From Hyphomicrobium sp. (lineage in GTDB: Bacteria > Pseudomonadota > Alphaproteobacteria > Rhizobiales > Hyphomicrobiaceae): a stretch of 52,236 bases of DNA. A model generated the notes under the pieces. That model made no database searches. It was not told the origin of the DNA and was given only the letters and a program-made list of their open reading frames with translations. The position numbers were made by a program, and so were the translations under genes. The DNA is taken from contig JANOCZ010000019.1 in the NCBI GenBank assembly GCA_031412455.1, positions 1-52,236 on the forward strand, written 5' to 3'. This document shows positions 48,007-52,236 of the stretch, piece after piece (within the stretch, counting starts at the first letter, position 1; every line of letters starts with the position of its first letter).

Positions 48007-48407
48007 AACCAGTCGTACTCGTTGCGGCCGTGGCCCTGATTGATGCCGACAACCGCGTGCTCATCGCGCAAAGGCCTGCGGGCAAATCAATGGCCGGGTT
48101 GTGGGAATTTCCTGGCGGCAAGGTTGAAGCGGGTGAGACGCCCGAAGCGGCTCTGATGCGCGAGTTGCGCGAAGAACTCGGCATCGACGTGTGCCTTGAG
48201 TGCTTGGCGCCGTTCAACTTCGCAAGCCACGCCTACGACGATTTTCATCTGCTCATGCCGCTCTACATCTGTCGTTCGTGGGACGGCGAGGTCGTGGCCC
48301 GCGAGCACCAAAACATCGCTTGGGTGCGCGCCATGCACTTGTCGCGATACGAGATGCCGCCGGCGGATCTGCCGCTTATTCCTTGGCTGCGCGACCTGCT
48401 GGGCTGA
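48003..48407 (+). CDS. mutT: MutT/NUDIX (d)NTP pyrophosphohydrolase
   Basis: WEFPGGKVEAGETPEAALMRELREELG Nudix box; FHLLMPLY; argJ neighbourhood. Confidence 0.88.
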   Translation: MKPVVLVAAVALIDADNRVLIAQRPAGKSMAGLWEFPGGKVEAGETPEAALMRELREELGIDVCLECLAPFNFASHAYDDFHLLMPLYICRSWDGEVVAREHQNIAWVRAMHLSRYEMPPADLPLIPWLRDLLG

Positions 48408-49308
48408 AACTTGCCGCGTCACCGGTTGCATGTTCGGGAACGCCGAGGGCCTGGGATAAGCGCATTTGCGCTGAGCCTGGCGCCAAGGGTTTCTGCTGGC
48501 TTTCATGTGGCGCCCAGGCGGTCAGCGTGATGATTTCGAAAGTTGCTGGCACACGCCCATCAGGAAGACCGAACCGCTCGCTGTAAACTTCGGCCGCCCG
48601 GAGCAGTAGCCCGCGCGTGACTGGCACGCGACGGCGCTCAATCAACGTATTGCTCGCGCCCATGCGTTGGAGGTCCTGCATCAGCGCCAGCGGAGAGGCG
48701 TAGGTCACGCGAACGACATCGCTGTCGGCCACCGGAAGAGCAAAGCCGGCTCGCTGCAAAAGTCCGCCGAGGTCTCGGACATCGGCAAACGGCGCGACGC
48801 GTGGAGACGCGCCGTTAGCGATTTCATCCTCGGCAACGAGCCAGGCTTCGCGTAATTCTTTCAACGTCTCGCCGCCTAGCAGGGCGACCAGCATCAAGCC
48901 ATCCGGTTTGAGGGCGCGACGGATTTGGGCGAGCGTGCCTGGAATATCGTTGACGAATTGCAACGCAAGGCCCGAGACGACGAGGTCCAGGCTTGCCTCG
49001 CTGAACGGCAATCGATCGTCGCCGCATGTCGGACTTGGGATCTCGCACTGCATCCGAAGTGCGGGCGAAAGCTCGATGTCGATCATCGAACCGACATTAC
49101 TCAACTGGCGCAATTTGCGAGACACTAGCCCATGATAGGCACCGACGTTGGCCGCATTCTCAAACTGCCGCATAACAATCGATAGGCGATCGGCAAAATC
49201 TCCAGCGACGCGCTCGAGCAGAAATTCGTGCGAGGGAGCGGTTGCAGCGAAGCGGTCGCGTCGCAGACGCAGCAGCTCAGAATCGAAGATTAACGGTGCG
49301 CCTGTCAT
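48376..49308 (-). CDS. SAM-dependent methyltransferase (BioC-like / NDUFAF5-like)
   Basis: Start reset to MTGAPLIFD; DLVVSGLAL..VNDIPG, LKPDGL, TLKELR, SPRVAPF, LLQRAGFALPVAD, ATFEI, QQKPL.PGSA; divergent from comF. Confidence 0.85.
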   Translation of the reverse strand: MTGAPLIFDSELLRLRRDRFAATAPSHEFLLERVAGDFADRLSIVMRQFENAANVGAYHGLVSRKLRQLSNVGSMIDIELSPALRMQCEIPSPTCGDDRLPFSEASLDLVVSGLALQFVNDIPGTLAQIRRALKPDGLMLVALLGGETLKELREAWLVAEDEIANGASPRVAPFADVRDLGGLLQRAGFALPVADSDVVRVTYASPLALMQDLQRMGASNTLIERRRVPVTRGLLLRAAEVYSERFGLPDGRVPATFEIITLTAWAPHESQQKPLAPGSAQMRLSQALGVPEHATGDAASFSPAGRAAKE

Positions 49309-49359
49309 GCGTTCGTGGTTCCTCTCGCTGAGGGCCAGCAATTGGGCTATTGTCGCGGC

Positions 49360-50190
49360 ATGAATGTGGGAAATACGAGCGCGACATTGCCGCAGTCTTA
49401 TCCCGATGACGAGGTAAGGGACGATGCTGCTTCGTTGCCAAGACCCTCGGGTTGGGTCAGGGCGGGTCGCATATGGCGCATGGCGCTCGACGTCGTGCTG
49501 CCGCCGCTGTGCCTTGGCTGCCAAAGTCCGCTCGCCGATCACGACGCGTTGTGCTCTCAATGTTGGCGCCGTATCGATTTTATTCAACCTCCGCTGTGTG
49601 ACAGGCTAGGGTTGCCAATGCCTTATGATATCGGCGGACCGATGATCTCGGCAGCCGCTGCGGCGCATCCTCCGGTCTATGAGCGGGCGCGCGCGGTGGC
49701 CCGATATGATGGCCTGATGCGTCAGATGATTCACGATTTCAAGTTTCGCGACAGCCACGACGGGCGGCGGCTGTTCGGGCGCTGGCTGTGCCAAGCAGGC
49801 CGAGAGCTTCTTCGCGAAGCCGATTGCATCGTGCCGATTCCGTTAGCGCGTATGCGGCTTCTGTCACGGCGCTACAATCAGGCACAGATTCTGGCAGCGG
49901 AGGTCAGTTTGCGAAGCGGAACGCCGCTGCTGCCGCAGGCTCTGATCCGCGTGCGGCCGACGGCGCGCCAAATCGGGCTGACGCGGCGGGAACGCGAGCG
50001 CAATGTAGCCGGCGCTTTCGCGGTCAACGCGGGGAGCTCGAGCGCGATCAGCGGAAAATCGGTGCTTCTGATCGATGATGTGATTACTACGGGGGCAACG
50101 GTTGCGGCCGCAGCCAAAGTGTTGCGGAAGGCTGGCGCCGCCCGAGTATCCGTGCTGGCCCTCGCTCTGGTGACCGATGCAAGTGGTTGA
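49360..50190 (+). CDS. comF: ComF-family double zinc ribbon / phosphoribosyltransferase protein (start uncertain)
   Basis: PPLCLGC, LCSQCW, VPIPL, RRYNQA, LLIDDVITTGAT. Confidence 0.88.
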   Translation: MNVGNTSATLPQSYPDDEVRDDAASLPRPSGWVRAGRIWRMALDVVLPPLCLGCQSPLADHDALCSQCWRRIDFIQPPLCDRLGLPMPYDIGGPMISAAAAAHPPVYERARAVARYDGLMRQMIHDFKFRDSHDGRRLFGRWLCQAGRELLREADCIVPIPLARMRLLSRRYNQAQILAAEVSLRSGTPLLPQALIRVRPTARQIGLTRRERERNVAGAFAVNAGSSSAISGKSVLLIDDVITTGATVAAAAKVLRKAGAARVSVLALALVTDASG

Positions 50191-50279
50191 GGCGAGATAA
50201 TTGTTCGCTATATTTGCAGTTGCGGAGCAACGGTTCCCGAGTCAAAATTAGCGCGATCGGCAAGGATAACGCTTGAATC

Positions 50280-50543
50280 ATGTCAAATGTCACGGTCTAT
50301 ACCGCCGGGAATTGCTGCTACTGCCACATGGCCAAGGACTTGCTGCGCCGGAAGGGCGCGAGCTTCGAGGAGATCGATATCGGCCAGCGCTCTGAATTGA
50401 GGGCCGCGGTTAGGGAACGGTCGGGCGGACGCAGCACCGTGCCACAGATTTTCATCGGCGAGGTTCATATCGGCGGCTGCGATGATCTGCTGGCGCTCGA
50501 CCGTTCGGGTAAGCTCGATGCTCTGCTGATCGAACAGGATTGA
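50280..50543 (+). CDS. grxC: Glutaredoxin 3
   Basis: CCYC active site, TVPQIFI, GGCDDL. Confidence 0.9.
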   Translation: MSNVTVYTAGNCCYCHMAKDLLRRKGASFEEIDIGQRSELRAAVRERSGGRSTVPQIFIGEVHIGGCDDLLALDRSGKLDALLIEQD

Positions 50544-50569
50544 TTCAATCTGTGGGTCAATCAAGCGGC

Positions 50570-51424
50570 ATGAATTCCGACTCAGCAATGTTCCGCGCTG
50601 GCTTAGTTCAATTATGTTCGGGTCGCGACGTGGCGGCCAATGTGAAAGCGGCCATCGCGCTAGCCCGGGAGGCAGCAGCGCGCGGCGCGCAGTATGTCCA
50701 GACGCCAGAAGTCACGACTTTGATGGAGCTCGACCCGGCGCGGCTTCGAGCGTTGCTCGAACCAGAGGCCCGCAACGCGGCGCTCAGTGGCTTTACTGAT
50801 GCCGCACGCGATCTCAAGGTCTGGCTGCACATCGGATCTATGGCGATCCTCGCTGAGGGCGGAAAAATTGCCAACCGGTCCTATCTCATCGCGCCCGACG
50901 GGGGCATCGCGGCGCGTTACGACAAGATCCACATGTTTGACGTCGATCTGGGCAACGGCGAAGTCTATCGCGAGAGCGAAAGCTTTGCGGCGGGAACGAG
51001 GGCTGTGCTGGCACCCTTACCATGGGGCAAACTGGGCTTGACGATATGTTACGACTTGCGGTTCCCGGCGTTGCATCGCGCTCTAGCGCAGGCCGGCGCG
51101 ACGTTTATCGCGGTGCCCGCTGCTTTCACCCGGGTCACGGGCGAGGCGCATTGGCACACGTTATTGCGAGCGCGCGCCATCGAGGCTCAGTCATTTGTTT
51201 TTGCAGCCGCCCAAGGCGGACGGCACGAGAACGGACGCGAGACTTTCGGCCATAGCCTGATCGTATCGCCCTGGGGGCAAGTTTTGGCCGACGGCGGCAA
51301 GGACCCGGGCGTCGTCGTCGCCGATATCGATTTGGCGATCGTTGACGATGTGCGGCGCAGGCTGCCGTCACTCACGCATGACCGGCCGTTCACCGTGACC
51401 GAGGCTGCGTCTGCAGACGTGTGA
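50570..51424 (+). CDS. Carbon-nitrogen hydrolase (Nit1-like deaminated glutathione amidase)
   Basis: TPE, YDKIHMFDV, ICYDLRFP triad motifs; LLRARAIE; GHSLIVSPWG; follows grxC. Confidence 0.88.
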   Translation: MNSDSAMFRAGLVQLCSGRDVAANVKAAIALAREAAARGAQYVQTPEVTTLMELDPARLRALLEPEARNAALSGFTDAARDLKVWLHIGSMAILAEGGKIANRSYLIAPDGGIAARYDKIHMFDVDLGNGEVYRESESFAAGTRAVLAPLPWGKLGLTICYDLRFPALHRALAQAGATFIAVPAAFTRVTGEAHWHTLLRARAIEAQSFVFAAAQGGRHENGRETFGHSLIVSPWGQVLADGGKDPGVVVADIDLAIVDDVRRRLPSLTHDRPFTVTEAASADV

Positions 51425-51431
51425 TTGCGGC

Positions 51432-51689
51432 TTAGGCTTTAGCGATGACGTTCATAGTGTACTCGATCGCCGCGCTGAGTCTTTCGGTTCGGAAGCTCGG
51501 CTGCGTGGAGCCGGCGCCGGTCCAGAAATAGTTGCCTTCGTGGAAGTACCAGACGCCGTGGACGTGATTCCAACGGTCGAGCACGACGCCGCCGGTCGGC
51601 CCGCAGGATGCCGTGAAGCCGCGTGCTTTCAGTGTTTCGAACGCGTCCAGCGCCTTCAACAAATCTTGGTTTTCGACGTTGGCGCCCAT
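51432..51689 (-). CDS. Hypothetical protein (85 aa)
   Basis: ORF from MGANVEN with GAGAG upstream; protein-like composition (VVLDRWNHVHGVWYF...YFW); fills an otherwise empty interval. Confidence 0.6.
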   Translation of the reverse strand: MGANVENQDLLKALDAFETLKARGFTASCGPTGGVVLDRWNHVHGVWYFHEGNYFWTGAGSTQPSFRTERLSAAIEYTMNVIAKA

Positions 51690-51906
51690 TGCGATTGCTC
51701 TCGACACGACGGCTACCGGCCAGTTGCTTTTCTCAGCGGCGACATCGCCCAGGAACACAACCGCGATAGTATCGATTAGCTTTTGAATCGTAGGCCGCGA
51801 AACTTCAACGATTAACGCTGGTATACGTTACGGCGCACTAAACAGGAGACCGGCCGCTGCCTATGCGGCAATTAATAATCCATTTTCCAAGACCGCTGCG
51901 CGGCTC

Positions 51907-51924
51907 GCGTCATGGACCTGTCAT
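51907..51924 (+). promoter_or_regulatory. Pho box (PhoB-binding site)
   Basis: GCGTCAT-GGAC-CTGTCAT matches CTGTCAT-N4-CTGTCAT; 45 nt upstream of a probable alkaline phosphatase. Confidence 0.7.
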
Positions 51925-51969
51925 TCGCGTATCCGACGCTGCAGCAGATATTTCTTTAGAGGGTAAGTC

Positions 51970-52236
51970 ATGCGTGGCATCGCGCTTTTTGTGGTCATTG
52001 TTGGTGTGCTCCAGTTTTTAAATATTGGAGCGGCGCAGGCGCAGACGATTTACCCGATCCATCGCGCAGAGATTCTGAGTGGCAGCCGCTTCGACCTAAA
52101 GGTCGAGTTCGACAATGCTCCAAAGGTTGATGCCGTCAAGGTAACGATAAACGGGCGTCCTGCCGGCGAGGTCTTAGGCACTTCTGTAAAAGTCATCGAG
52201 AACGAAGACGACACCGGCACGACCGCGCTGTGGATT
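51970..52236 (+). CDS. Probable exported alkaline phosphatase, N-terminal part (runs off window; not in ORF track)
   Basis: ATG 51970 with GAGGG upstream; MRGIALFVVIVGVLQFLNIGAAQA-QTIYPIHRAEILSGSRFDLKVEF, an N-terminus I recall from proteobacterial alkaline phosphatases; upstream Pho box; catalytic domain not visible. Confidence 0.6.
   Translation, partial: MRGIALFVVIVGVLQFLNIGAAQAQTIYPIHRAEILSGSRFDLKVEFDNAPKVDAVKVTINGRPAGEVLGTSVKVIENEDDTGTTALWI

Noticed and set aside
48376-48407. 32-nt convergent overlap of mutT and the methyltransferase
   Set aside because: Short 3' overlaps are common; nothing indicates a function.

Overview
GC-rich alphaproteobacterial chromosome segment, most consistent with a Hyphomicrobium-like methylotroph (Hyphomicrobiales). 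The left end holds a compact serine-cycle operon (sga-mcl-mtkA-mtkB-ppc, minus strand). It is preceded by an orphan NarL/LuxR-type regulator whose phosphoacceptor Asp is replaced by Gly, and by tRNA-Arg(CCU). A 1,291-aa RTX/cadherin-like secreted protein and a thermonuclease-like gene follow. The rest is largely conserved Rhizobiales core: helicase-hsp15-fdxA-carD, rpmB, J-domain-cobS-cobT, bolA, corC, aroK-aroB fusion, xerD, accA, secA, ppiC, argJ, mutT, comF-grxC-nitrilase. Local extras are a uppE/uppF-like pair, a POT transporter, three tandem YafK/DpaA-like genes, a TPMT, and a Pho-box-preceded probable alkaline phosphatase cut by the window edge. I saw no transposase, phage gene, CRISPR array or rRNA. 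The best leads are the Asp-less regulator with a structured leader on the serine-cycle operon, a possible Ser-type permuted papain-like domain on the RTX protein, the differently targeted DpaA-like triplet, and a CarD/CdnL with a histone-H1-like N-terminus. All calls are by motif recognition and recalled synteny; no searches were run.
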